Below, in pieces: positions 1 through 9,610 of a stretch of 64,000 nucleotides of DNA. Origin of the DNA: an uncultured virus (IMG/VR IMGVR_UViG_3300034107_000607) (Duplodnaviria; Heunggongvirae; Uroviricota; Caudoviricetes). Below the pieces are notes generated by a model. The model was not told the DNA's origin. It made no database searches and saw only the letters and a list, made by a program, of their open reading frames with translations. The number at the start of each line of letters is the position of its first letter. Position 1 is the stretch's first letter. Position numbers and translations under genes: made by a program. The stretch lies in the IMG/VR virus record IMGVR_UViG_3300034107_000607; one strand, written 5' to 3'.

Positions 1-923
1 ATATCCATTTCTTTCAGAGTCATAGACATGTTGACTACAGCTGGTTTGCCGCCTCTCATAATTGCCATGCCTTGAGGTGTATAATTAAAATTGAAGTTTT
101 CTATCATACATGTTTTATAGCGTGTAAAATATTCTTCTTGTAATCCAAAAAAGTATATATCAACAGTACTAGGGTAACTTAAAATTGCTCTCTTTAATGG
201 CCCTAATGCGGCATAACTTGGTAGTGCATTGCGCTTTACCAAATTTGTTATTTTAAGAATTTCATCTGATTCATCTGTAGATCTTGGGGCAAATGTCCAA
301 CTAAAGCTATGTGTTTTCATTTCAATTCCTTTGAATTGAAGTGCTTGTTTTGGATTTACAGTAGCACCCGCACCTGCCTCCAACGAACTTGTAAGCTGTC
401 CTGCATCTATTTGTGAACCTATAAAACTACCTGCAGCTGTATCTTGAAGCCTAGAAGCACCTTTACCAGCTTTGCCCGCCTTGCCAGCTCCTCTAGATAA
501 GAAAGCAAGAGTTCCACCAATAGCTGAACCAACCCCCTTTACCATTGTTTGTGTGCTAGGTACTCCCATATTTTCTGCAATTCCACCTAAACTTGGAGTA
601 GCACCCCCATTTAGCATATAACTTGCACTTTGACTTACAGCATCGCCAAATACACCTTGACTAAATTCACCTATATTGACTCTAAATGAATCACTAATTT
701 CTTTAGGCAAAGGTAATAAGAGAGCATTTCCACTTATTTCTTCTATGCTGAAATTATTTTCTGCTACACTGTTTATCCCTCTGGTACCTGGGCTTTGATA
801 CTTATACTTTTTAAAGATAAGTAACATTGAATGCGCAGATTGATCTTTTTTTGGAAATGTCAATACAGACATTCCATTCAGATCTTCTTTCTTTCTTAGT
901 ATTTCTTCTCTTGGTGTGGTCAC
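1..923 (-). CDS. 48: Baseplate tail-tube cap (T4 gp48-like), 3' end outside window
   Basis: Manual translation from GTG at 923; contains VNPKQALQFKGIEMKTHSFSWTFAPRSTDESDEI typical of gp48; divergent from gp4. Confidence 0.8.
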   Translation of the reverse strand, partial: MTTPREEILRKKEDLNGMSVLTFPKKDQSAHSMLLIFKKYKYQSPGTRGINSVAENNFSIEEISGNALLLPLPKEISDSFRVNIGEFSQGVFGDAVSQSASYMLNGGATPSLGGIAENMGVPSTQTMVKGVGSAIGGTLAFLSRGAGKAGKAGKGASRLQDTAAGSFIGSQIDAGQLTSSLEAGAGATVNPKQALQFKGIEMKTHSFSWTFAPRSTDESDEILKITNLVKRNALPSYAALGPLKRAILSYPSTVDIYFFGLQEEYFTRYKTCMIENFNFNYTPQGMAIMRGGKPAVVNMSMTLKEMD

Positions 924-935
924 CTTGAAATCCCT

Positions 936-943
936 TATAAATA
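936..943 (+). promoter_or_regulatory. T4-type late promoter TATAAATA for gp4-gp2-gp54-gp26 operon
   Basis: Exact TATAAATA about 35 nt upstream of gp4. Confidence 0.8.
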
Positions 944-958
944 CAATTGAGTTTAACC

Positions 959-966
959 TATTTATA
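959..966 (-). promoter_or_regulatory. T4-type late promoter TATAAATA for gp48
   Basis: TATTTATA on + strand = TATAAATA on - strand, upstream of the gp48 start. Confidence 0.8.
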
Positions 967-979
967 TTAAAAGTTGGGC

Positions 980-1438
980 ATGGCATACAAAGGACGATTT
1001 AGACCGGCTAATCCGCAAAAATACCGGGGTGATCCGAGCAATATAGTATACAGATCATTATGGGAACTTAAGTTTTTCAAATTTATTGACTTACACCCTG
1101 ATGTAATTTGGTGGCAATCAGAAGAATTAGCCATTCCTTATTTATCGCCAATTGACGGTAGGATGCATAGATATTTTCCTGATGTGATATTAAATAAAAA
1201 GGTAGGTCCTGATAAGTTTGAAACTATTATGATTGAGATAAAACCTGAAAAGCAGACACTACCACCTGATATAAGTAAAAAGAATAAAACACCAACTGGT
1301 AGAATTTCTAGACGGTACATAAACGAAGTTAAAACATTTGGTATTAATGATGCAAAATGGAAAGCTGCTAGACAATATTGTGGTTCTCATGGCTGGATTT
1401 TCCAGATAATGACCGAAAAACATTTAAACATAAGGTAA
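980..1438 (+). CDS. 4: Head completion nuclease (gp4)
   Basis: MAYKGRFRPANPQKYRGD..YRSLWE, YFPD, EIKP, NxAKW motifs; ATG 980 preferred over TTG 974. Confidence 0.92.
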   Translation: MAYKGRFRPANPQKYRGDPSNIVYRSLWELKFFKFIDLHPDVIWWQSEELAIPYLSPIDGRMHRYFPDVILNKKVGPDKFETIMIEIKPEKQTLPPDISKKNKTPTGRISRRYINEVKTFGINDAKWKAARQYCGSHGWIFQIMTEKHLNIR

Positions 1439-1442
1439 GAAC

Positions 1443-2051
1443 TTGGCTAAAATATTTGATGATATTCTACTAAAAGGTATTCGAGCAGGGCAAATGCCTT
1501 CTCGTAATAGTACCGCACGAGTATGGTATCGAGAAAAGGCTAAAGAAGTCGGTAAAGTAAATGAGACTTCATTTTTTAGAACTGCAGATGCTGACAGATT
1601 TAGAAATAGCGGTCAATTTCAAATTGGGTCAATGTATATGTTCTATTATGATCCAAAGCATAAAGATACACTTCCATATTATGACAGAGTACCTCTCATA
1701 TTTCCTATCAATAGAGCAAAAGGTGGATTCCTAGGAATTAACTTTCACTACTTACCTTTGAAGATGAGAGCTAAATTAATGGATAACATTTATGATACAG
1801 CATCAAATGATAAATATGATGAAACTACTAAAATGAAAATTTCATATAATATTTTAAACGCAAGTTCACAATACAAAGAATTTAGACCTGCGGTAAAACA
1901 TTATCTATTCGGTCATGTTCGCAGTAGATTACTTTATGTAAACCCATCCGAATGGGATGTGGCGTTATTCTTGAATATTGCTAGATTTGAAGGTGCTACA
2001 CAAACTAAAGTCTGGGAAGACTCGCAGAAAATTATAAGAGGAACAAAATAA
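1443..2051 (+). CDS. 2: DNA end protector protein (gp2)
   Basis: YDPKHKDTLPYYDRVPLIF, GINFHYLP motifs. Confidence 0.92.
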   Translation: MAKIFDDILLKGIRAGQMPSRNSTARVWYREKAKEVGKVNETSFFRTADADRFRNSGQFQIGSMYMFYYDPKHKDTLPYYDRVPLIFPINRAKGGFLGINFHYLPLKMRAKLMDNIYDTASNDKYDETTKMKISYNILNASSQYKEFRPAVKHYLFGHVRSRLLYVNPSEWDVALFLNIARFEGATQTKVWEDSQKIIRGTK

Positions 2052-2852
2052 ATGTTCAATATTAACGAATTTAAGTCAGTAATGAATAAGTATGGCGGCC
2101 CTGCAAAATCAAATTTATTTGTTGTATCACTTGGAACACAGTCTAAGCCAACTCGTAAAATTGATTTTATTGATAAATTTGATCTTAGATTCTTTTGTTC
2201 TGAAGTATCAATACCAGCTTTGAATATAAATTCTGCATCATACACTCCTAATACAATAGGTATACCTGAAGCAATGCCACTAAACTTATCCTCAGTTAAT
2301 ATAAATTGCACGTTCATGCTAGATTCTGAACATAGAGTACTTTCATTCTTTCATTCTTGGATGCAAGAGATAATAAATTATAACACTATTTATGGTGGTT
2401 CTTTATCACAGGTCAACGGGGATCACCTACCATATGAAATAGGATATAAGGAAGACTATGCTTGTGGTACAATGGAAATACATCATTTTAAAACTAATGC
2501 AGATGGCAAATTAGGAGATACATATATTTATAATTTTGCTAATGTATTTCCAACAGAAGTTGGAGGAAAAAATCTTTCATGGGCTCCTAATGATTCTATC
2601 CAAACATTAGGTGTAACCTTTAATGCCACCGCGTTTGATTTCACTGCTACAGACCCAGGTACTACAATATCAGATCTATCAAGAGGAAATGGAACTCTTG
2701 AATTACTAAATAGTGTGGGATTTAGAGGCCAAAATACCCAACAAAGAAACTTACCAACAACAGTACAAGATGCAATAAATACTTTTACAACAGTCCGAAA
2801 TGATTTTAATGCTATAAAAAATACCTTTAATACATTTCGCGGGCTATTTTAA
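2052..2852 (+). CDS. 54: Baseplate/tail tube initiator (gp54-like, tube fold)
   Basis: GGPAKSNLFVV N-terminus, GYKEDY, NVFPT; synteny with gp2 and gp26. Confidence 0.7.
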   Translation: MFNINEFKSVMNKYGGPAKSNLFVVSLGTQSKPTRKIDFIDKFDLRFFCSEVSIPALNINSASYTPNTIGIPEAMPLNLSSVNINCTFMLDSEHRVLSFFHSWMQEIINYNTIYGGSLSQVNGDHLPYEIGYKEDYACGTMEIHHFKTNADGKLGDTYIYNFANVFPTEVGGKNLSWAPNDSIQTLGVTFNATAFDFTATDPGTTISDLSRGNGTLELLNSVGFRGQNTQQRNLPTTVQDAINTFTTVRNDFNAIKNTFNTFRGLF

Positions 2853-2865
2853 CATGGAGAGATAA

Positions 2866-3567
2866 ATGTCACTACCAAAAATTGAGTTACCACTTTATGA
2901 ATTAATACTTCCTTCTAATGGAAAGAAAGTTCAATATAGACCATTCACTGTCAAAGAAGAAAAAATTCTTTTGACTGCGCAGCAATCTAAAGATCCAGAA
3001 CAGATTATTATGGCAATTAAACAAATTGTAAATAATTGTATACAAGATTATGATGTAGATAAATTAGCACTATTTGATCTTGAGTATTTACTTATTAATA
3101 TCAGATCAAGATCTGTTGATAATAATGTAGAATTTGAAATTGACGATCCAGATACACAAGAAAAAATAAAATTGACTTTAGATCTTCAAAATGTAAAAGT
3201 CTATAGAGATGAAAAGCATACAAATAAAATATCATTAGATGAAAAATATACAATTTTTCTAAAATATCCTTCTATAGATGATTTTACAGAAATTTTAGAT
3301 AAACAAGATTTATCACCAGAGAAAAGTTATGAAATTCTAATTTCATGCATTGACATGTTAGCATCAGAAAATGAAGTATATAACTTCAAAGATTTTACAA
3401 AGAAACAGGTTGATGAATTTATTGAAAGTTTGCACGCTGATGTCATAAAGAAGATTAAGACATTTTTTGATACAATGCCAAAAGTAAGACACGAGATGCC
3501 ATATAAAAATTCTAAAGGTAAAGATAAGGTATTTACAATACAAGGTACTCAAAGTTTTTTTATATAA
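2866..3567 (+). CDS. 26: Baseplate hub assembly protein (gp26)
   Basis: MSLPKI..YRPFTVKEEKILL, DLEYLLINIRSRSV, C-terminal SFF. Confidence 0.9.
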   Translation: MSLPKIELPLYELILPSNGKKVQYRPFTVKEEKILLTAQQSKDPEQIIMAIKQIVNNCIQDYDVDKLALFDLEYLLINIRSRSVDNNVEFEIDDPDTQEKIKLTLDLQNVKVYRDEKHTNKISLDEKYTIFLKYPSIDDFTEILDKQDLSPEKSYEILISCIDMLASENEVYNFKDFTKKQVDEFIESLHADVIKKIKTFFDTMPKVRHEMPYKNSKGKDKVFTIQGTQSFFI

Positions 3568-3740
3568 TCACGAGTCACACTAATCTTTTTGTATACTACC
3601 AAAAAGTATTTGGAATGGCTCAACACCATAAATATAGTATATCTGATATTGAAAATTTATTACCATATGAAAGAGATTTATATTTTGATATGTTAATTGA
3701 ATATATTCAAAGTCAAAACGAGAAAGAAAGAACTAGATAA
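3561..3740 (+). CDS. 51: Baseplate hub assembly protein (gp51), no ATG at expected start
   Basis: -1 frame relative to gp26 reads HTNLFVYYQKVFGMAQHHKYSISDIENLLPYERDLYFDMLIEYI; absent from ORF track. Confidence 0.8.
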   Translation, partial: YIITSHTNLFVYYQKVFGMAQHHKYSISDIENLLPYERDLYFDMLIEYIQSQNEKERTR

Positions 3741-6083
3741 ATGGCAACATTAGACGATCTCCAGGATGTTTTAAAATCTATTGATAAGACAATGACTGAT
3801 CAAAAAACGTTATTGGTCAATATGCTTACTGCTCAAGCAACTAGAGATCGTCTTTCTAGTACTGGTACTGATATTGTTTCTCCTGCCGCGCAGGCCGCTC
3901 AGGGACAATCTATAGGTCAAGCAGCTGCGCCGGGTGTTGGTGCTGGTATAGGTGCTGCTGCTAGCGGAGCCGGGGGTCTCATAGGTATGGGTGCTGGCAT
4001 AGCAGGATTTATGGCAGCGCTTTCAATAGGAAGTGTAGGATTAGACTGGCTTGGCAACGATTATAGCGGACTAAGTACTGCGTTTGCGTCGTTTAGTGAT
4101 GCAATGGAAAATCTATCGCCAGCTGCAATGACTGCATTAGCTGGCGCCGCGGCAATCGCGGCGGGAACTGCTTCTCTTAAAAATCTTTATGGTCTTGGTA
4201 CTGCAAGTGGGATGACAGGACTTGGCGCCGGCATTAGTGGATTTTTAGTAGGTCTTTCTATTGGTGAAATTGGACTAAGTTGGGTTGGAAATGATTATTC
4301 TGCTGTCGGCGGCGCGCTAGCTTCATTTAGTGAAGCTATAGGTAATCTTACTACTGGGGCAGTGACTTTATTTGCTGGTGTAGCTGCTATAGCTATAGCA
4401 AATCAAGCGTTCGGCGGAGATGCAAAAAGTTTAGCAAAAAATATGACAGGTGTTGCTGCTGGTATTGCAGGCTTTTTAGGTGGTCTTGTTTTAACAGATA
4501 TAGGTCTTGATTGGATTACAGGAATATCTGGGGCAGATGGTTCTGGTCTAAGCACGGTATTTAAAATGTTCAGTGATTCAGTAGGAAGTCTTTCACCTGA
4601 AAGTTTATTAGTGCTGGGTGGTTTAGCAGCAGTTGCAACTAAATTTGATGCAGATCCAAAAAGGACTGCCAAAAATATGTTTGGAGTTAGCGCTGGTATT
4701 GCAGGCTTTTTAGGTGGTCTTGTTTTAACAGATATAGGTCTTGATTGGATTACAGGAATATCTGGAACAGATGGTTCTGATTTAAATGGCGCATTTAAAT
4801 TGTTTAATGATTCTGTGACAGGTCTTTCTGTAGAAAGTGTTGCTATACTTGGAGGATTACTAGGTATTGCATCTAAATTTACTATCAATCCTGCAACTAT
4901 TGCAAAAAATATGTTTGGTATTAGTGCTGGTATTGCAGGATTCTTGGGTGGGCTTGTTCTAGCAGATAAGGGCTTATCATGGCTTGATGGAATACCTTCA
5001 GGAAGTGGCGAAGGTTTAGTTTCTGCGTTTAAAATGTTTAATGACATAATTTTATCGTTAAGTACAGAAGCTATGACAGCACTTGGTGTACTGATGGCAG
5101 TCGCAGCGACCGGTGTCGGAGGGGCAACCATAGCTGTAGGTCTACCTTTAATTGGTGTTGGTATAGCAGGTTTTATGTCAGCACTTGCAGTCGGTGATGG
5201 TATTACTCAATTAATAGCAATGGGAACTGGTGGTGAACCAGGTGCTGGATTAAAAGCACTATTTACTAATGTGTTCCAAGGTGTCGCCGCCGCAAAAGAA
5301 CTGGATGGTATTGATTTAGTAGGACTTGGTGCTGGTCTAATTTCCGTTTCTGCTGGCTTGGCAGCATTTGGTGTTGGTTCTATAATTAGTGGTTTGGGGC
5401 AAGCTGGGGCAGCAATTATTGCATTTTTTACTGGCGAAAGTGCATTTGATCAAATTATGAAAATTGCTGATAATGCGGATGGCTTGGTAAAAGGCGGAGA
5501 AGCATTAGAAAAAATTACGTCTGCTTTAAGTAAATTTGCAGATATTAAAATTAGTGGAATTAATCTTGATTTTAAACAATTAGCTATAGATTTAGGTAGA
5601 GCAATTCCATTCTTGGATGCGCTGGCCCACGGCGGTCCTGTAGAAGGGTCTGGCAGTTGGTGGGGAGAAGATATTAATTTTCCAAAAGGTTTATTAAACC
5701 CATCACTTCAATTAGATGAGATGGCTGATGCAATAGCAAAGGTAAACTTTGTATTAGGAAAATCAAATGTAAATCCAAATGTGCAGCAGAGTGCTGCATC
5801 GGCAACTGCCGAATCTAATTTAACAGGTGCTCAAGGCAATATCCCGATGGACGGCGCGATTAGAGAAACTAGTACAAGAATACAACAAGAACAGGAACGA
5901 AGTGCTAGACTTGAAGCAGAAATTGAAAGAAGAACGGCGGCTTCTGCACAAGCAGCTGCTAGCATAAATGCACCTACATATGCTCCTACTGATGCTAGAG
6001 CTGCAACATATGTTGGCGGTCCGACATACATTAATAACATGTCGAATTCCGATTCCGAATTAAGTTTCGGATCTGCTATGTAA
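3741..6083 (+). CDS. Tape measure / baseplate hub (gp29-like)
   Basis: 780 aa, Ala/Gly-rich with about 78-aa internal repeats; follows gp26/gp51. Confidence 0.65.
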   Translation: MATLDDLQDVLKSIDKTMTDQKTLLVNMLTAQATRDRLSSTGTDIVSPAAQAAQGQSIGQAAAPGVGAGIGAAASGAGGLIGMGAGIAGFMAALSIGSVGLDWLGNDYSGLSTAFASFSDAMENLSPAAMTALAGAAAIAAGTASLKNLYGLGTASGMTGLGAGISGFLVGLSIGEIGLSWVGNDYSAVGGALASFSEAIGNLTTGAVTLFAGVAAIAIANQAFGGDAKSLAKNMTGVAAGIAGFLGGLVLTDIGLDWITGISGADGSGLSTVFKMFSDSVGSLSPESLLVLGGLAAVATKFDADPKRTAKNMFGVSAGIAGFLGGLVLTDIGLDWITGISGTDGSDLNGAFKLFNDSVTGLSVESVAILGGLLGIASKFTINPATIAKNMFGISAGIAGFLGGLVLADKGLSWLDGIPSGSGEGLVSAFKMFNDIILSLSTEAMTALGVLMAVAATGVGGATIAVGLPLIGVGIAGFMSALAVGDGITQLIAMGTGGEPGAGLKALFTNVFQGVAAAKELDGIDLVGLGAGLISVSAGLAAFGVGSIISGLGQAGAAIIAFFTGESAFDQIMKIADNADGLVKGGEALEKITSALSKFADIKISGINLDFKQLAIDLGRAIPFLDALAHGGPVEGSGSWWGEDINFPKGLLNPSLQLDEMADAIAKVNFVLGKSNVNPNVQQSAASATAESNLTGAQGNIPMDGAIRETSTRIQQEQERSARLEAEIERRTAASAQAAASINAPTYAPTDARAATYVGGPTYINNMSNSDSELSFGSAM
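4458..4765 (+). repeat. 74-bp exact direct repeat (4458-4531, 4692-4765) in the tape-measure gene
   Basis: Identical copies 234 nt (78 codons) apart. Confidence 0.9.
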
Positions 6084-6087
6084 AATT

Positions 6088-6114
6088 AGAAGGGGAGCTA
6101 AAAGCTCCCCTTCT
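6088..6114. terminator. Bidirectional intrinsic terminator
   Basis: AGAAGGGGAGCT-AAA-AGCTCCCCTTCT between convergent genes. Confidence 0.85.
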
Positions 6115-6116
6115 TG

Positions 6117-6560
6117 TTACTCAGTAAGTAACTGTTTCTCTGTTGGTTTACCAATAGGAATTTTTCGAGGTTTCTTTTCTTCTGGTATTACGTTCTTCAG
6201 TTTGACTGTAAGAATACCTTGATTCAGATCAACACCCTCAACTTGAACTGTATCGGCGAGAGTGAATCGTCTCTCAAAGGATCTATTTGCAATACCCTTA
6301 TAAACATACTTATCTTCAGATGAAGTTTCTATATTGCCAGTGATAGTTAGAACACCGTTGTGTAACTCAATATCAATATCATTGGGACCGAAACCAGCAA
6401 CAGCTAGCTCGATGAGATAATCATTCTCATCCGTTTTTACGATATTGTATGGTGGGTACTTTTGAATGGGTGCAAGTTTTGCTCCTGCATTCATGCGGTC
6501 GAAAATACGATCAAAACCTACAAAAAGTGGATCGTTACGAAGTAATTGTTCAATAGTCAT
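6117..6560 (-). CDS. hsp20: Small heat shock protein Hsp20 (IbpA-like)
   Basis: YPPYNI, IELAVAGF, KGIANRSFERRFTLA, PRKIPI. Confidence 0.95.
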   Translation of the reverse strand: MTIEQLLRNDPLFVGFDRIFDRMNAGAKLAPIQKYPPYNIVKTDENDYLIELAVAGFGPNDIDIELHNGVLTITGNIETSSEDKYVYKGIANRSFERRFTLADTVQVEGVDLNQGILTVKLKNVIPEEKKPRKIPIGKPTEKQLLTE

Positions 6561-6566
6561 TTGTTT

Positions 6567-6646
6567 CTCCTTATTAAGCGAGTTTTAGTAATAGCCGTCA
6601 TCTAACCGGCTGTTTAAAAGTGGGGACCCATAAGGCATCCCCACTT
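6567..6646 (-). promoter_or_regulatory. ROSE-like RNA thermometer in hsp20 5' UTR
   Basis: CUC-G-CUU/AAG-GAG hairpin masking the SD with a bulged G (UCGCU motif) plus two upstream hairpins. Confidence 0.6.
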
Positions 6647-6660
6647 CATTTATATTATGA

Positions 6661-6906
6661 TTAGTCTTTCTTGACCACAAATCCGTAAAGTTCTTGCGCC
6701 TTTGTCATGATATCCTGAGGTGTATACATAACAGGCTTCATGGATTGAGTCTGCTCAATTAGTTCGGCAGCAGATTTATTCCAGTTTTCTGCTAGAGTTG
6801 AGCAGGCAGACCAGTAGGCATTGGAAGCTTCACTATACTGCTGATCCATCATTTCTTTTGCCATCTTGAGGACTTCAAGACGAATTTCAAAACCGTTCTT
6901 ATTCAT
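6661..6906 (-). CDS. Conserved hypothetical T4-like phage protein
   Basis: FEIRLEVLKMAKEM...AQELYGFV; RBS GGAG. Confidence 0.75.
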   Translation of the reverse strand: MNKNGFEIRLEVLKMAKEMMDQQYSEASNAYWSACSTLAENWNKSAAELIEQTQSMKPVMYTPQDIMTKAQELYGFVVKKD

Positions 6907-6938
6907 TTGTTTTCTCCGTGTCTATGTGTAAAATAAAG

Positions 6939-7451
6939 TTAGTTAGTGCCGGTTGAGCCGATTCCACCCACACGCTCTGTCTTTTGTTCAGGGCGGCTCT
7001 TCCGTTCTACGAGCGTGTATTGTTTAATTTCTTCTAGCATACCCTGCGCAATACGATCGCCGTGGTAGATACTGACTGGTGTATCACCCATGTTATATAT
7101 TGGGATGAATAGTTCTTCAACATAATCATAATCAATGATACCAGTGGAATTTGCAAGACCTATGCCATATTTAACTGCCATACTTGATCTTGGGAATACT
7201 TTGAGTACATGATTCTTTGGAATATCAAAAATCAGACCAGTTGGAACTAGTGTACGAAATTGCGGATGCAATACAGTTACTGCACGACCGTCTGATGCAA
7301 ATTTTGTAGGCACAATAATTTCTTTATTGTGTGGACTGTAGGTTTTTAGTCTTGTTTCTGCGGTAAGACATACTTTCACATCAAAGCAAGCAGAACCTTC
7401 TGTTGCAAAAACTGGTAGTTCTGCTGCGTCATTTAAACGAAATATTTTCAT
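6939..7451 (-). CDS. dut: dUTPase
   Basis: GSACFD, PRSS, GIIDYDY, GDRIAQ, RVGGIGSTG. Confidence 0.95.
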   Translation of the reverse strand: MKIFRLNDAAELPVFATEGSACFDVKVCLTAETRLKTYSPHNKEIIVPTKFASDGRAVTVLHPQFRTLVPTGLIFDIPKNHVLKVFPRSSMAVKYGIGLANSTGIIDYDYVEELFIPIYNMGDTPVSIYHGDRIAQGMLEEIKQYTLVERKSRPEQKTERVGGIGSTGTN

Positions 7452-7458
7452 TATGTAA

Positions 7459-7863
7459 TCAACCTTTCTTTTTGCCGATATTATATTTACTTGTCAATTC
7501 CCATTGATTCTTTTCTTTATGCGATAAGACCTTAATATGGCTTAATGGTGCCACGGGATCTTGAACTTTTTCAGAATTTAGTACTTTGACCAAATCCCAT
7601 TCTTCAAGTAGATTTACAATAGTGTTTCGTCTACCTTTATCTTCTTCTGTAAAGTTATTTTCCTTGCCATCTAGGATGAAAAGTTCTTTGAAGTGAAGAA
7701 TTACATATCTGCCTTGTTTATGTAAAATATGACAAGACTGATATAGTTTCTTATCTTTTCTAGATGCAATTCCAATTCGTGTGAGAGTTTCTTTTACTTT
7801 TAAGAAATTCTCTGGTATAGGTAGTTCTATTTCAACTCCAACACCGTGAAAAATGTCTTCCAT
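7459..7863 (-). CDS. regA: Translational repressor RegA
   Basis: FLKVKETLTRIGIAS, LYQSCHILHKQGRY, HFKELF. Confidence 0.97.
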   Translation of the reverse strand: MEDIFHGVGVEIELPIPENFLKVKETLTRIGIASRKDKKLYQSCHILHKQGRYVILHFKELFILDGKENNFTEEDKGRRNTIVNLLEEWDLVKVLNSEKVQDPVAPLSHIKVLSHKEKNQWELTSKYNIGKKKG

Positions 7864-7897
7864 ATAAGGTCACCTTTATTATTATTGTTATTCATTA

Positions 7898-8428
7898 CTA
7901 TGAGTTGCCTCCTTTGGAGACCCTATTATTTATCAATTCAAGGTTCTCCTTTGAAAGTACTTTCAAGTATTGTTTGGCGACAGTTCTATTACATTGATAG
8001 ACTTGTTGGATATTGTCTAGATCAGAGTCCTTTTTAGCTTTAAACCATTCACCTTTCCGGTAACGAGGCCGCAGGGCACCAAGATAATATCGGAATTGGG
8101 CATCTTTAAATACCCAGTGTTTACCATTCATTTCATTTGCATGAAGTATTGTATCAATGTAGAATGAAAATGCTTTATTGGTAATGTATGGATTGTATTT
8201 CCGTTCCATCTCCTCGGGGATTTCAGCATCTCTAATAAGATCCTTCTTGGATTTAGAGACAGCTTCAACAAACTTGAAGGTCATGTTTTCCTCTTTGAGT
8301 TCGGAAAGATCAATCTCCTCAAGTTCTTCTGGTTTACCAAGACCAAAATAGTTAAATTCCTGGAAGTCATCATCTCTAGCAGAAAGTTTTTGTTGGACCA
8401 CTGCGGTTTTTTTAGTCGTCTTTTTCAT
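7898..8428 (-). CDS. 62: Clamp loader small subunit (gp62)
   Basis: YNPYITNKAFS, ANEMN; position between gp44 and regA. Confidence 0.85.
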   Translation of the reverse strand: MKKTTKKTAVVQQKLSARDDDFQEFNYFGLGKPEELEEIDLSELKEENMTFKFVEAVSKSKKDLIRDAEIPEEMERKYNPYITNKAFSFYIDTILHANEMNGKHWVFKDAQFRYYLGALRPRYRKGEWFKAKKDSDLDNIQQVYQCNRTVAKQYLKVLSKENLELINNRVSKGGNS

Positions 8429-8612
8429 TGAGGCTTTCCCATGTATCTATAATATTGTTGAGATAATGTGAACATTCTGTGCAAACATTCATCGACCCAC
8501 TTCCATCCGCTGCTTTATATTTTAACACAAATGCAACACTTTTGTCAATATCTATTTTGCAGAAGTGACAAGTTACATTTGTATTTTTTTTCTTGAACAG
8601 ACCGGATAGCAT
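8412..8612 (-). CDS. Hypothetical protein, CxxC...CxxC zinc-finger-like
   Basis: ORF track; in-operon overlap. Confidence 0.6.
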   Translation of the reverse strand: MLSGLFKKKNTNVTCHFCKIDIDKSVAFVLKYKAADGSGSMNVCTECSHYLNNIIDTWESLNEKDD

Positions 8613-9562
8613 TAGCGGAAACTCGTTTCCATCATAATTTCAGTAAGGAAAGCGACAAGGTTGATTTCTTGATCAGCGACAAATGCAGATTTATACATAT
8701 AGTCCGCAAGAGACACGACAAAAGATGGCATACTTTTCAATTCAAGTTTGTCAGACGCAGTGTCATAGATTTTACGGAAGATTTCATTTGCATCTTGGTC
8801 AGAATTATCTGCACACCATTTACGCATACCGGTGAAGTTTTTCTCCTTCAAGAGTAAAAAGAGTTCATCAATAGACTCTTGTTTGAAGTCAGCAAAGATG
8901 CCTTCATCAATACGACCGTTACCAGCATATTTTTGAAGTTCATTTAGGATTCGGCGGAAGTCTGGGAAATATTTTTCAATGACTTTTGCCACAACTTTTG
9001 GTTCATAGTCAACATTTTCAGAATTAAGAATTGCAAGTGTGCGCTTGAAAAATTGTGCGGCAAGCTTTGGTTTTTCGGTTTTTTCAATCGCGAAGTCAAC
9101 CTCAGAAAGACGAGAACGAAGTGGAGCAATGATGCGATTTTTAAAGTTACAAGTAAAGATAAAACCACAGTTTTTAGAGAAGGTTTCAATTAGGTTACGC
9201 ATGGATGCTTGAGCATCAGGAGTAAGATAATCAGCTTCGTCTAGGATGATGTATTTGCGACCACCTGTAAGAGAGATCGAAGATGCAAAGGTTGAGATTT
9301 CACTGCGAACAGTATCAATGCCGCGGTTTAATGCAGCATTGATGATAATGTAATCGCAAGCCATTTCTTCAAGCATTGCTTTTGCTGCGGTTGTTTTACC
9401 AGTTCCCGGTGAACCAGCAAGAAGAAGATTTGGAATGTTGCTGGTATTAATGAATTTCTGAAATGCAGTTTTAGTCAATACAGGCAGAATTGTATCATCG
9501 ACTTTTTGCGGACGATACTTTTGAACCCATAGAAGTTCGTCGGATTTCACATCAAGAGACAT
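8612..9562 (-). CDS. 44: Clamp loader ATPase subunit (gp44)
   Basis: LWVQKYRP, GSPGTGKTT, DEAD, SRL, FPDFR. Confidence 0.97.
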   Translation of the reverse strand: MSLDVKSDELLWVQKYRPQKVDDTILPVLTKTAFQKFINTSNIPNLLLAGSPGTGKTTAAKAMLEEMACDYIIINAALNRGIDTVRSEISTFASSISLTGGRKYIILDEADYLTPDAQASMRNLIETFSKNCGFIFTCNFKNRIIAPLRSRLSEVDFAIEKTEKPKLAAQFFKRTLAILNSENVDYEPKVVAKVIEKYFPDFRRILNELQKYAGNGRIDEGIFADFKQESIDELFLLLKEKNFTGMRKWCADNSDQDANEIFRKIYDTASDKLELKSMPSFVVSLADYMYKSAFVADQEINLVAFLTEIMMETSFR

Positions 9563-9610
9563 TATATAGTATTCCTTTTCAAAAATTTCAATACGAATAT
9601 GGGAAAGTGC

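Noticed and set aside
4403..5131. 242-aa minus-strand ORF
   Set aside because: Antisense shadow of the Gly/Ala-rich repeats of the tape-measure-like gene.
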